Below, piece after piece: positions 27,301 through 40,585 of a stretch of 64,000 nucleotides of DNA. This DNA comes from Gnetum montanum (taxonomy: Eukaryota; Plantae; Gnetophyta): the NCBI GenBank assembly GCA_015680685.1, contig MNCI01002470.1, positions 1 to 64,000 of the forward strand, written 5' to 3'. How positions within the stretch are numbered: position 1 is the first letter of the stretch; every line of letters starts with the position of its first letter. The translations under genes were made by a program, and so were the position numbers. The notes beneath the pieces are model-generated. The model was not told where the DNA came from and searched no databases. It saw nothing but the letters and a program-made list of their open reading frames with translations.

Positions 27301-27990
27301 TATAGGTGCTTCCATGTCATCTCCAAAAGTAAATGTATCACAATTTTGGTTTGTGAAATGGGTGAAGTAGGATTTTTCACCTATCATGTTCCTTGAACAA
27401 AAACTATCAATATACCATGTACTAGCATTATCATTGGAGAAAGTAACTTAAGCCATCAAATTCATTTTATTCTTTCCTTCTTTTTCTCTCCAAACCTGCA
27501 TGGTTTGCTTTCTAGGATGATTTTGTAAATACCAATAGTGGTGATACATTCTAAGATAGCAAAAAACATGAATATGGCCATATTTACCACAAAAGAAGAA
27601 TTGCAAGTTTTTTTGTTTAGGATATTTTCCAAACATGGATAAACTCTATTTTTGGTTTTTGGATTTCTCCATAGAGCTCTTGTTGACCTACTTAAAACAT
27701 TTTTGTCAATTTTTAAATCTTAGCCTAAGGTCTGAGTTTTCCTTTTTGAGATAAGAGTTTTCACCATTAAGAACTTTGATTTTTATTTCCTTGGCATGTA
27801 AAGCATCTTGTATTTCAATGCACAAATTTTGGAAAGAAAGAATGTTATGGCAAAATATTTCATACCCATCTTAAAAGGAAGCATCCTTTTGATAATCATG
27901 TGAATTGTCAACTTTAGAAACATCATTTTCTATCTTTCTAAATGTAAGGAAGGAAACAACATGCTTACCTTGATAACATATTTCACAAAT
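24398..27990 (-). pseudogene. pol: copia gag(C-term)-PR-INT-RT-RNaseH, disrupted
   Basis: Zn-knuckle remnant CGKYGHIHVFC, protease WYIDS..SRNMIG, integrase PLDLLHMD and YFLTIVDDSS, RT MDVKSSFLN, KLKKALYDLK and IYVDDIIFG, and YRGMIGNLLYL, in the copia domain order. Confidence 0.95.
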
Positions 27991-30900
27991 GAATTGAGCA
28001 CACTATTTGATGATGTACATTAACCACTCAACCATACAAGGTTCCATCAGGCTTAGAATGTGGTTTCCAAGCTTCCACAATCTTTACAATCTTGATCTCC
28101 ACTCAGGAGTGTTGTGCCATAATGCCAACCACTTAATCCCATAGGATCTTGATAATCTTAATCAAGATGCCTTCCTATAAGAAGTACATTAGCCCCATAG
28201 GGCAACAAGAAAGAACAACAATTACAAGGGATGAATGCAACTTAGTTTGCTAATCCTTGGACTTTAAGGTACAACACACTTTACAATGAACAAATGATGA
28301 TACAATGAAGAGAAATAGTGATTGAAATAATAGAAAAATGATTAGATAATTCTTATACATAATCTTACACATTTTCCAATGCATATCATGTCTTCTTATA
28401 GCTATCATATTTTCAAATCCATCTTGGAACTTGTGCAATGGCTAGCTAATGATCATTAATAGTCATGGAAGATGTTTTCTTCATGCTTGAGATGTCTTTC
28501 TATATTTTCCCTCTATTCTAGGAAGACTTCTTTGTCTAAGAAAGATGCCCTTTTGAAATGTCCATTTTGGGAAGATGTCTTTGTGAAACTAGCCTACATT
28601 TTGTGAAGACGTCTTTGTCTAATAAAAGGTGTCTTTGCCTAAGGAAACACATCTACTATTTCTTGAAGATGCCTTTGCCTATTCATCCTTCAATTTTTCC
28701 AAGATGTCTACTATTTCTCAAAGATGTCTTTCTTCAACCTTCCTTTGCATGATGAATTCATCATTCCTTATCTATGCTTATCAAACTTCCACAAATCTTC
28801 TTGTCTTGATTCAAGTTTTTGTTTTGCAAACGCAACAATCACACACACACACACACATACACACACACACACAAGAAACCTATGTTCTTCATTTTCCTTA
28901 AGGTTTTGACATACCAAAAGATCAACAATGTCTACTAGAGTCCATACTTTCTATGGGCATGACAACTATGGAAACGTCTTATTAGTTTTCACATATAAAG
29001 TTATAAACTACCTTCTTCCATCTTTAAAAGCTCTAGCTATTTTTCTTAACTCGTAGTAATCAATCATCATCCTAGCTAGGTTTGATATTACATCTTTTGA
29101 TCTTGGTAGATAGCTTTGCCACATGTAGTTTAGATTTTGCAATGTGAAGCCTTTGTTGCACAACCTTCTATCTGCAAACTTCTTTTGTACAATACATATA
29201 CTATGGTCACTTGCTACTACAGCTCTGTTCTAGGCCTACTTGCTATTAAGATGTTTATATTAGCATATCGAAGATTTGCTAATCCCATGTACTCTATCAA
29301 ACCTTCTATCTTTAAATCTTAGTTTTTGATTTTTTCTTGGTGCACATGGGTAAGGCCATCAAAGATTAGCTACCAATCAAATGCCTGTATTATGATGGAA
29401 TTAATCTTAACTTTATCCATCTAGATCTCCTTCTCAATGATCTATTTGTATATGCTCACCTAATCTATAAAGTGCTCCTTCAGTTGCTCATGTTTTTTGG
29501 CCTCATTTTATAATGCATTAATCTCAATGGCTAACTTTTGGCATACAATGTGAACTTCTTCCATGGATAGGATCTTGTTTTCATTGGCCAATTTTCTGAT
29601 ATCAAGGTTGATCAAAGAAAACTACTTTCTTAGCTAATGAATGATTTTTTCTAGCACATTTTCTACTTCTCAGTATTTTTCAACCTCATATTTTCAATAG
29701 TAATTTTTTTATTTTCATCTTCTAATGGAATTAGGACTTTAGTATGGTAATAGATTTTGGACATCTTCCACTACTATGTTCCACACTACCTTCTCTTTTT
29801 CCATCTACAATTGGGCATACTTGTTCATCAATTGGCCCATCTACTTAGTTCTGAATTACTCAAGATGATTAGGTATGATGCACTATGCAAGGTCTTGCCT
29901 TTCTACTCTTAGTGTGACTAATTTTACTTATAGTCTATGCACTTTGTTTTCAGCATGTTTTACTCTTATTTTAGCCATGACCAACTTACCCTCAATTAAA
30001 ATTAATTCTAACTACACTACAAAGATATCACCAGGGATACTAAAGAGATTCTACATTACTTGTCCAATCTGCAATAGTTGGTCCAATATGTCTTCATGCT
30101 TTCCTTGGGTCATGGATGTTCCAACTATGTTTTCTACATCTTTTTATCTTATAAGATTAGCTGGTGCCATAATAGGAACATTAAAAGATTCCTTGATGTG
30201 ATCTATAATAAAGTTTATAGCTCCTACTATATCTTGATGTTGCATAATCATCATTGTGGCTTCTTCTTCCATTTCTAACATCACCTAGAAGGATGTAACA
30301 TTCATAGATATCTATTGTGCCTAGTCTTCATCCTTTTCTAATTATAATGAGATCTAACCATTGGTAGATCCTATTGATACATCAGATCTACTGACATTGT
30401 CTCTTACTTTATACATGATAGAGACCTCTTAGCTTTTTCAAATTATTATTTCAATAATTTGGTCAACATGGCTCATTGAGAATTGACAATCTTGCTATGT
30501 TAAATGAGTGCTTGATATTGGTCTATTGGCTACTAGTGTTGATCCACTGGATCTTTCTTGTTCTTATCCTAAGGCCAAAATATTTTCGAGTAGTGTAGAT
30601 CCAACAGCTCCTTTAGTGCCTACTAGATTCTCTAGTTAATCTTTCTTTGGAGGCACTAGTTTTGAAATTTTGACATATGAGTTATTCTAGCATTTGTAGA
30701 GAATATCATTGGTGTATCCTAGAATTACTACTTGTGAGAACTATCTTTTAATAAGGCAAGGAAATGGTAGAGCGAGTTTCCCTACTTTTTCTCCTTAAAT
30801 CTTCTTTGGATTTTCAAGAACAATAGATGAGTAATGTTAGCTTGGAATTTTCCCATGATAAAGATACATTTGCTAGTAGCATAGGTGGAAATTCTATTTA

Positions 30901-32005
30901 GTGTCTTTCTTTAAAATAAATGATATTTTCTAATTTTAAAATAGATCTTTTCTACTCTAGACAATACACTATATCCTTTTTCACTTATTCCATAGGCCCT
31001 TTGTAACCATAGCTACCTTACCTCTATGTAGGCCCTTATAGAGATTTGTGGAATGTTGGATCTAACATTTCAAATATTAAGTACCTTGGTTATTTCCTCA
31101 AATAATTAGGACACTATGATTCCTTCTATTCTTACAATAGCAACATCTTGCTTGTTCTTCCAAAAATGGTACACTTCTCCTAGGTATCATTTGTTATTGC
31201 ATAGATTGTAAGCCATAGGAACAAGGCTTGGATTTGTTCATGGACATCAATAGGAGCAAACTCCATGAATGATCCAAAATAAAATTTCACTATAATAATG
31301 AACATGATGAACTTCTCTTGGATTTCTTGTAGACATTCATTTGACAATGTGAGGCACTATCCTCACTCTTGAACAGATGGTGCTTTAGCTTCAACCTACA
31401 TGGACTATTCTATCGTAGGTGTTGGTTGCTAGATGCAATAGGATTGGGATTCTCGCTCTATAGGTAAGGTTTGTTCTCTAGCTTATCCTCTTATTCTGGG
31501 TCTCTTTTCCCTTTATTGTGATGGTCCTTCTATTGCGGGTCTTTTAGGAGACATCTACAATCATAAATAATTCTTTTAAGATCACCTTAAGAATTTCATA
31601 GAAGTCCCTAACTATTTATAACCCTTTCTTGATTTCTTGGGTTTAATCAATATCAATCCTTATTATTACTTTTTAATTCTTATTAAGACTAAGAGTCTGA
31701 ATGGTTAATTGGGAAGAATTTTAAGTTTATTAGCCTCTATTAGTTTAAAATTAAATTATTTCTTATCATTATTATCCTTTCTTTGTTCTTCAAGGTGTTA
31801 GAAAAATTTAATGTAAATTCCAAAACTTGTATAGTACTCTCCCCCACAACTAATTTGGACACTTTAGGAGCAAGAGGGAATGAAAATGGCTTAAATTAGA
31901 GTTACGGTGAGGAAGATATGGCTCTTGGAAGTTCAGAGGTTAGAGAAGTAGCATGAACTTCCTAGGTGTTAAATGAGAAAATGAAAAATATTTCTAATTC
32001 ATCAT

Positions 32006-32088
32006 ACATATATATAGTTTTTATAAGTGTGACATCATAGTTGCAACACTGTAGGGGCTAATACATCATATCTGCAATGTCACTGTGA
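32006..32088 (-). promoter_or_regulatory. Candidate internal promoter of the B accessory ORF
   Basis: TACATCATATCTGCAATGTCA matches the B LTR TACATCACATCTACAATGACA (22672-22692). TATATATAT lies on the ORF side. Confidence 0.5.
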
Positions 32089-33789
32089 AACTTTTCAATA
32101 TTTTAAGTGATTTCATATGGAAAAATTAAGAAAAATAAATACTCTAGAAGGTATAGAGATGGTCCAAAGGATTTTTTATCATGGGGGATGCTTAAAATGT
32201 AGGAATTTATCATCAAAAGGTATGTGAAGGAAGGCGTTTTGGAAAAGGAAATTTGATTAAGCTTTATAGAAGATGATTGGTAAAAATTTTCAAATGTATG
32301 ATCAAAGATGAGTCTATAGGAAAGATAACAATGATCATATGAGTGATTCATAGGCACAAAATGATGTGAAATTGATCATCAAGTATGAAGTACAAGAGTT
32401 ATACAAGTGGATCCTTCCCAAAGCCTGCTCCATCCCTTAGTACCCTTGTATAACCACACCCACAAGTGTTCATATAAACTCAAGGAGTTTAATGTAAAAT
32501 ATACCTGTCTTTCCAAGCACACATGCTAGTATTGTCTCAATGAGAAAATAAAACTATATTATATAAAACCAATAAATTGTGATTGTATATAATAGTGAGG
32601 TGGAATGGAAGTAGCAGGAATTGCAAAAAATGGGATGTAAGATGTCTTGCCATAGGCATAATAATAATTAGCCTTTCCGTCTAAGATTTAAACCAAGTCC
32701 ATATGACTTACCAATAACATTGCATTGTATCATCTCAAAACTATCAACCAAAAGACTACCAAAATTGCAAGGAGTATTAATACTTAGCAACAAAGCTCAA
32801 TAAACTAATTTATTAACAACATAGTTGATTTTAAAGGAGGCTTGATCATTTGACCAAAGAGTGCCTTTAGGCATGGGTAATATATCTTTCTAGCACCATA
32901 ACCAATGCAAAGCTAAGAAACCTTAAACGTTTTGAGAAGCCACCTACCTTTAGACATGGGTAACATGTCTTTCCAGTGGAAATCCCAAAAAAATTTATTT
33001 TTTATATTTATTATGTTATTATTGTGTCAACCTTACTAGAGGACTACCTTCAAGTATGGTTAACATGTCTTTTTAGTGACATGGTAAGGTAGAACTTATT
33101 TTATAACATACTTCCATTTTTCATTAGAACTAAAGTGAATAATACAACTTAACAGCAAGATAAGACTTATAATAGTAGCCTTAAAGAATCCACAAATACC
33201 CTTGATGTCACATCGTATTCATTCCCTCTTGATCCTTCACTTTTCTATTTAGGCATAATGATCACAAGTTTATTTTAGTTTTATTGTAAAAATAATGTCA
33301 TTATGTCCATGGTCAAAATATTTTATTATTGGAAATAACTAGATTGATGATGTAGTCTCATTGCATGTACAATCAGTTCTTTAATGACATGATAACAAAG
33401 GGTGAAGTTCTCATTATTTTGACTACATCTTGTTTTATTCCTTTACACTTTATTAGTAAAATCAACAAAAATATGTACATGAAAGAGAGTAAAAGAAATC
33501 ATTAAAAAATGGTAAGAATGAAAAAATGTATAAATAATTTAAAAGATATTAAAGAATGAAAAACATATTAAAGACTATAAAAATTGGTAAGAAGACTTAA
33601 AAAATATAACAAAAAATTGGAAACCAAAAAATTAAAATGCACTTATCAATTCCTGTTCAAGATAGGATACCTCCCCCACAACTGAACTCATGGACGAGTG
33701 TTCAAAAAATGGACCCTAAATCCCCAAGATCATACACTCTATGTTTCTAAACTAGATTCTAGTATTTCCTCTACTGTAGCAACTTTTCC

Positions 33790-35561
33790 ATTGTGCTTGT
33801 AGTTCTCACATCAATTGTCTCTTCTTTTCTTCTTGTCTTTACTTTTGTTTAGGGCTTGTTCAATCTTTTCCTTTACTATCTTTAGTGCTATAGAAAATCT
33901 ATCATCTATGGAATCTCACATTTTCTCTACCTTTGTTGAAATATTATTAACCAATTTTTGGATTATAGTCTTCCATTGGACTATATCCTATAAAGTTTCT
34001 TCTTCTTGTGACTCACAAATTCTTATATCCCTTTTTCATATTACTATATTTCTATTGTATTCTTCTAGTAATTCTCTTTTCCTTAGATATCCTCCTTATT
34101 TTGCCACTTGGTCAATGAGTCTATGTATTCAATGAGCTCTCCTTTCAAATAATCTGCCTTAGGTATATACCCCAAAAATTTCTCTAGTTTTGTTTTATTG
34201 ATGATGTGTCATAGTTACTTCCTTTGAGAAAATTCATGGCCTAGGCACCTATGTAATAATGAATGGTACCTTTCGATTTCCACATCAAAGGATTCATGTG
34301 TCTCTTACTTCTATCCTTGGATTTGTTTTCTCAAATTGAACACTCTATAAAAAGTTTAGTACTTATCATTGAAGAGCTCTAGCATGATACTCCTTCTTTG
34401 AATTGATTCTAGTTCTAAAGATCTGTATCAATTCTCTATTTTCTTTATGAGTGTTCTAATAAATAACTTCAATTTTTTCCAATCATTGTTGATATTTTAT
34501 AGGGCACAAGCATTGTGGAAGGCTTGCATATGGTGTTGTGGATCTACCTTACATATGCCTTCAAATTTTGGAATGTTGTTCATATCTAGTCACTTGATGC
34601 AACTATTCCTTACATGCCTAGTAGGAATGTATAGAGCTTCCCTAATTTTAATCATGCTTTGAGTGGCTAGTAGAATTTCTTCATAGTCTTTAGGATTGTG
34701 AGCTTTTTTGTAGTGATGACCCCTCCAATTCTCATGATGTTCTCTTTCTTCACACCTGATCCTTTCTCATCATTCATCATAGTTACCTTCCTCTTCATCA
34801 TGATGTCTTCTTTGATTTGCATATCTCTCATGATCTTTCCTTCTTTCCCCATCATGAACCCTCAGTCTTTATTCTATCTTGATAGAATCTATAGAGGAAT
34901 GTAAGGAAGAAGTTGAAGGAGGTGGAGAATGGTGTTGACTAGTTCTTCTCTTGTGACTCCTTGATTCATCTCCTTTAGATTTAGTGGAGGTCTTAGGCCT
35001 TGAATTCCTCCTAATTCTAGACTATTTCTTATCTTTTCTAGAGGTTTCTATAAGAGCTAAATGCAATTTTATCTTAACCAAATCTTCAATGCAGGTGATC
35101 AGTGTTTGAGATTGGGACCCATGAGTTTGATAAAACTTCTTAGTTTGGAATTCTAGGATAACGGTTTGAGGTTCTTTCTTTTCCTTGTCATGTTCATGTC
35201 TTATCTTCATGATGGAATTACTTCTTATCTGAGCCTCCATTAGCTAGTATGGCTTGGTCATGTATTTGGTGATGTAGTATCCTTCTTGCACATGGCCAAG
35301 GTTTGACCTTATAAGCACTACTTAAAACATTGATGGTTCTGAAGATTCCAATGGCAAGATAATGTTTCCTTGTAAATCTCTCCATCTGAGTTGTTCATCC
35401 TAGTGAAAATTAAATGTGAAGTTAGGACAATAAGTTTCAATGTAAGCATAACAAGTCCTAGTTTCCATTGGTGTACTCCAATCTTCTTCATTGTAATCCT
35501 TGTCATGACTTTTATTAAATTTAGTAGTAAATGAAGATTTTTCATTAGTTGTAGAAGCCAT
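33790..35561 (-). pseudogene. gag: gag of element B
   Basis: LDMNNIPKFEG..HMQAFHNACA..WKKLKLFIRTLI motif around 34430-34590. A PPT-like AGTTGTGGGGGAGG follows at about 33670-33683 with no pol in between. Confidence 0.8.
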
Positions 35562-38288
35562 GTAAGGATTTAACACTTAAGTGTGTACTTTTGAGAATTT
35601 ATCTAAGTGTGAAAAATACTTTATTATACTTGATATAGCAAACTTTGTAAAATCAACTAACTAGCAAACATAAACACATCCATGGCAACAGTACTAATGA
35701 TGAGCAGTTGTTGATTCAACACTCAACCATACAACTCACGAGTGTTCACATGTGGCATGATCATAGTCCATGGATGGATAATGTAAGTATACTAGTAGTT
35801 GATATTTAGTTAATGATCATTGTCTTCTTACATAAAGTTAGCAAATTTTAAGTTGTAGGTTTAACTCTTATTGAGGTATATGAAATGTTAATGTTGTTCA
35901 ACTTGAGTTACACTAAGTGTCAACATGGTGAAAATGATAATAAAATCTAAGTTTAAGTGCAATGAAAGTAGAAAGCTATTCTAGCTTATGGACAATAAGC
36001 AATTTTTCTTGGTTTGCCATGCACATCCTAGGCTAATGTAACCATTATTGGGATTACCAAGTGATTTCACTACTAATCAAATCAAGTAAAGTTACTATTG
36101 AATTACCAAAAAGTTACATATTCCACTTGAAATTAGTCATACTTATACCACCTTACTAAGAGACATCGGAATATAAAAAAACTTAGAAAATGTAAATGAC
36201 TTAATGAAAGTGAACATGAACATGATGAAAAGTAAAATTAAGCTAAGTGAGATCTTGCAATGGTGAAAAACAATATCAATCTTTATTTTTGATCATGAAT
36301 TACATCTAATAATAATCCACTTGAATAAAGATTACACACCTATTATTTAGCACACTATGGGTATTCACATTAACTCTAACTCTAAGCCATGAAAACAAAC
36401 TACAATAATTCTTCTAAGTGGTGGCAAAAGTTGTTGTTTTGATGTGATGGTGGGTTGGTATTTATAGGCATGACCATGGTCCACTACATCACATTTATGA
36501 TGACATATGCAAAGCCACAATATTGTAGCTACATGACACAATGGTTTTATCACTTGTTCTTAACTTAACAACATGAATTTATTTTATTTAATGAAAAATT
36601 TACTTTTAAAGTATTTTATTTTGTTTTCTTCCTTTATTTAAATTTACATCTTAGTTCAAATGTTTAACTTAAGTTATTATTATTATTATTATTATTATTC
36701 AAATATTTATTATTATGTATATATATTTTTAGGATTATGTTACTTTAATTAATGTTTTAAATTTTAGTTTGTTTTTTCAATTCTATGATTGTATTTTTTA
36801 AAAAATAATCTTTAACATTTGTGTATCTAGATTATTTATTTATGTGTATATATAATAAATTAATGTTTTTTTAAAAAAATAAATTATTTTATTAATGTTT
36901 AGTAAACAATGTTGACTTATTTTATTAGCTAGACAATTGGATTTATTGGCTAGTTAGAGAATGATAAGAATTTCATCTCTTTTAAGTGAAAAGTCAAAGG
37001 TTCAAATCTCAAGATTTTTTTTTAAATTATTAATTTTACCTTTTTTTAACTTTTTCATTATAATTTAATTTTCATGTTTGCCTTAAAACTTGAAACAATG
37101 ATGTCTTCTTAACTATAACTCCAATCATGATGAATTTAGGTGACTTAGCCTTATTTATAATTAATGGAATAGATTTGCTTATGTAATTTAGTATGTTTAG
37201 TTGTTACATTAAGTAAGGTGTGATATTAGCATATTTATTTCCTGTATGATGGCTATAACCTAATGGAGATAAGAAACTAAGGGTAATCAAGCTTTGTCTA
37301 TATAGTCTAATGAGTTGTGATTTGACAGGCCCTGATGTTAGATACACGATGTCAAAGTCTCGATGTCGCGTACCAAACGTCAGGGCTAATAAGCAACATC
37401 AGATACCCAATGTCGCCTCATTTGGACCTCGCTTATAAATACTGCACTTGGGCTTCTAGATGAGATAGTTTTAGCTTAGCTTAGAAAATAATTTTCAAGT
37501 TAGTCTATTATTTCTAGTGCATGCTGTAATGTGATGTTTGTAATCGTACAACACCTTTGTTCGAGTGTGATGTACCAAACACATTACATGACTAGCAATA
37601 AAGATCGAGATTACTTCCATCATTGCAACATCCACTTAGATTAATATTTTTGTTTTAATTATTTAATGCTTTGTTTAGTTAGACATTTCATTTATTGTTA
37701 TTTATTGTTCTTGTTGTTAACAAAAATGTGTATGCCTTAATCATGAACATTTAAGTGTAAATACTTGGTCGCTTAGAGGTGTATTATTTGGCATAACCAG
37801 TGATGTACACTTGGTAAACCCAAAAGCAACTCCATGAAGTCCAAGACATGTATGAACAGTTAAGAGTAGATACCATCACCATAGGCTAATTTAGACTTTA
37901 TTTTTCATTATTTATTAGTTTAATTAATTCACCTCTTTATCACCATCAGTAGTAGTGTAGAATTAGGAACAACATCATATGCCTCACTTGGACTAAACCA
38001 TACCTGACAAAGCTATTGCTAGTCCTAGTGGGAAGACAACGAACTACAATCAAATCATAATGATCTAGATGCCACAACTAGTCCCATCCATAGAATTTGA
38101 CTGGATCATGCGTAATGCTTATGATTCATATGGTTGAGCATAGGGGTACCTTGCCACTCATCATTAGCACAACTACAAGGGATGGTGCTAGTTATCTAGA
38201 TTATTTATATCATACACAATTATTGTAAAAGGTATTAATGATATATTCTTTATAAAATATTAAATCACACACACTATAACCAACAATA

Positions 38289-40585
38289 ATGTCTCTTCCA
38301 CATTGAAATGACAGTGCACTATATAGTGGACACATTCATTGGAGAACTAATAAGGTATATGGTGAAGAAGATTGGAGTGATCAATCTTATGTGGGAATTC
38401 TTATGATCATGACCACCTTAATGATACTCAAAGACTACATTCACCTAAGGTAGACAATCTTAGAGAAGATGGTGTAGGTCCTAGACTAGGAGAGTCCTCA
38501 AGGCCTAAGACCACTTCAAAACCAAGAAATGATAAATTAAGGGACCCTAAGGAATACCATAGAAGCCATGGAAATCCATATAGTTCCTAATCTTCTTCTT
38601 CCTCTTCCACATCTAGTTCTAACAAAGATGAATGTAGGTATAGAGATAGAGCTCCATTAAAGGGTTAGACTAAAAACTAGAATCAAACCTACAAGAAGAG
38701 TGAAAGAGGACACCATGAACATAGGAACTTCCCTCACAATCTATCTGATGATGATGAACCCCTATTGGCCACTAAGAGCCTAATGCATATCACAGAGGCC
38801 ATTAAGATATCTTGCAAGCATCACAAAAAGAGTCAACTACCTAATCTTGACATGAATACTATTCAAAAATTTGCAAGAGGCTATGATTTAGATCCACAAC
38901 AACATTTACAAGCCTTACATGATGCTTGTGCTTACTACAACATTGAAAGTGAATGGCAAAAGCTTATGCTCTTTTGTAGGACACTAATTGATAGAATCAA
39001 AGTCTGGTATCGATCGTTGAGACCAAACTCAATCTAACGATGGTTTATAATGTTAGAAATTTTTAACAAGAGATACCAAACCTATAAAAGAGTGTCCAAT
39101 CTAAGGAGACAAATCCAAGAAAGGAAAAAAGAACAACATGAACCCTTGGACATGGCCTTAGATAGGTCTTATGCCTTACTGAATCATTGCCCAGGCCATG
39201 GTTTCTTTGAGGAAGAGCAACTTTACCACATTATAGATGGGCTTCATAATGAAACAAGGGTGACCCTTGGGATGTATTCCCTAGGGGAACTATATGAGCT
39301 CCAAGCCCATTAGATCAAAGAGATCATAGAGCATATGGCAAAATAAGAAGAAGAAATGTGTAAATGGGAGAATGTCAAAGAACATCAATGAGACCCAACT
39401 CTTCAATTGAAGGAGGTTCAAATTTATGATAAGGGAAGTGAAACTACCTTTGATAAGGTGATACCACAATAGAATTTGTTGAAAAAGAAGTCTTTGGATG
39501 ATTTAGAAGCAAAGTTTAATAAGATGTCCAAATGGGTAAATGACAATGTCACAACTCTTGTTAAGACAATTGTAGAAAAGCTCATGAAATACAAGCCAAA
39601 CAATCATAATCAACATAGGACACATAACCAAGAAACAATTAGGAACACTTTTCGATAGATAAGAAGAGTGGCTAATGAAAGTGAGGCTAAAGACTCCACC
39701 ACAAATGAAGATGATGAATATGAACTATGCATATATGATCATCCAAAGGGCCAATGCCCCATATTGTTGCATCTACAAGAGTATTGGACAAGTGCCTTAA
39801 ATCCAAATTTTGTGCAAAAGAACATGCCCAGGAGACTTCCTCTTCCACAAGGTAATTTTAGATAGTTCCACAACCAACCATACCATCCTAGTGGGACTTA
39901 TTACCAACCTCAACATCCTCAACCGTAGTGGCAACAACCATAGTCGTGGGGGAGGCCACCACCAAATCAACCACATCTACTAAAACCTCATGGATATTAT
40001 GTTCAACATCCTATTTCTCCAACTAGTTTGGCATCCTCCACTTCAAATTGCCACTACCACTCTCCTAAGTACCATTACTACATGACATCTCCTAAAGGAT
40101 CACCACCTCATGCCTCTTACCATCCAACCTACCCTTAATATTCTCATCATCCACCTCCTTATGTGTCACTGCCACCAACTCAAGAAGGTTCAACACCTCA
40201 ATATCAACAAATGAGTGCTACTTGTGCTGCAAATATGCATAGATATGCTGATGCTAGTGGGTCCCAACCACAACAATAGAAACATCCCTTCTGAAGGAAA
40301 GGCCATAAGTCAAGGCAAACTATGCATGGATCCACCACATCATCTAAACTAGCACAAGGCCAATCCAGTGTATCACCTTCCTTGTCTCAACCAATGTCCT
40401 CCAACCATACACAAGGACCACCATTTGTTCAAACTCCAACCCTAAAACCAACCAATGAATCTACAAACATGGGGAGACACATGAATCCATGCATACCATC
40501 TGATACTCAAGGGTGTAACCATGGGTCAGTCATCCATAATATTAACACATCTCATATCCTGACTCACCATACATATAATAATTAG
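38289..40585 (+). pseudogene. gag: gag of element C
   Basis: LDMNTIQKFARG..HLQALHDACAYYNIESEWQKLMLFCRTLI..WYRSL and MLEIFNKRYQTY, followed by a Pro-rich tail. Confidence 0.82.

Larger units (their letters stand above)
23066..28927 (-). mobile_element. Ty1/copia SIRE (Sirevirus)-type element nested in B
   Basis: 3' LTR 23066-24190; 5' LTR about 28010-28927, truncated. Termini TGTTGATC...GATCCACA. TSD ATGTT/ATGTC. PPT AAAAAGAGGGAGAT plus an upstream AGGGGGAG (24302-24309). C-rich ATTCATCCCCACTTCTA near the LTR end. The flanks rejoin into the B env-position ORF. Confidence 0.92.
22964..31554 (-). pseudogene. env-position accessory ORF of B (split by SIRE at 23066-28927)
   Basis: Starts MSPKRPAIEGPSQ and ends DKGKKLMEEKPPLGT*. 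Homologous to the ORFs in C and E. Confidence 0.78.
21887..36552 (-). mobile_element. Athila-like element B, non-autonomous (gag + env-position ORF, no pol), carrying a nested SIRE
   Basis: LTRs 21887-22737 and 35698-36552 (TGATGAG...TTATCA). TSD CTTAT/CTTGT. PBS TAGTACTGTTGCCATGGAT on the minus strand at 35678-35696. Confidence 0.92.

Noticed and set aside
36674-36699. (TAA)n tail of the minus-strand LINE
   Set aside because: Plausible, but the intervening AT-rich sequence cannot be tied to the LINE and no TSD is visible.
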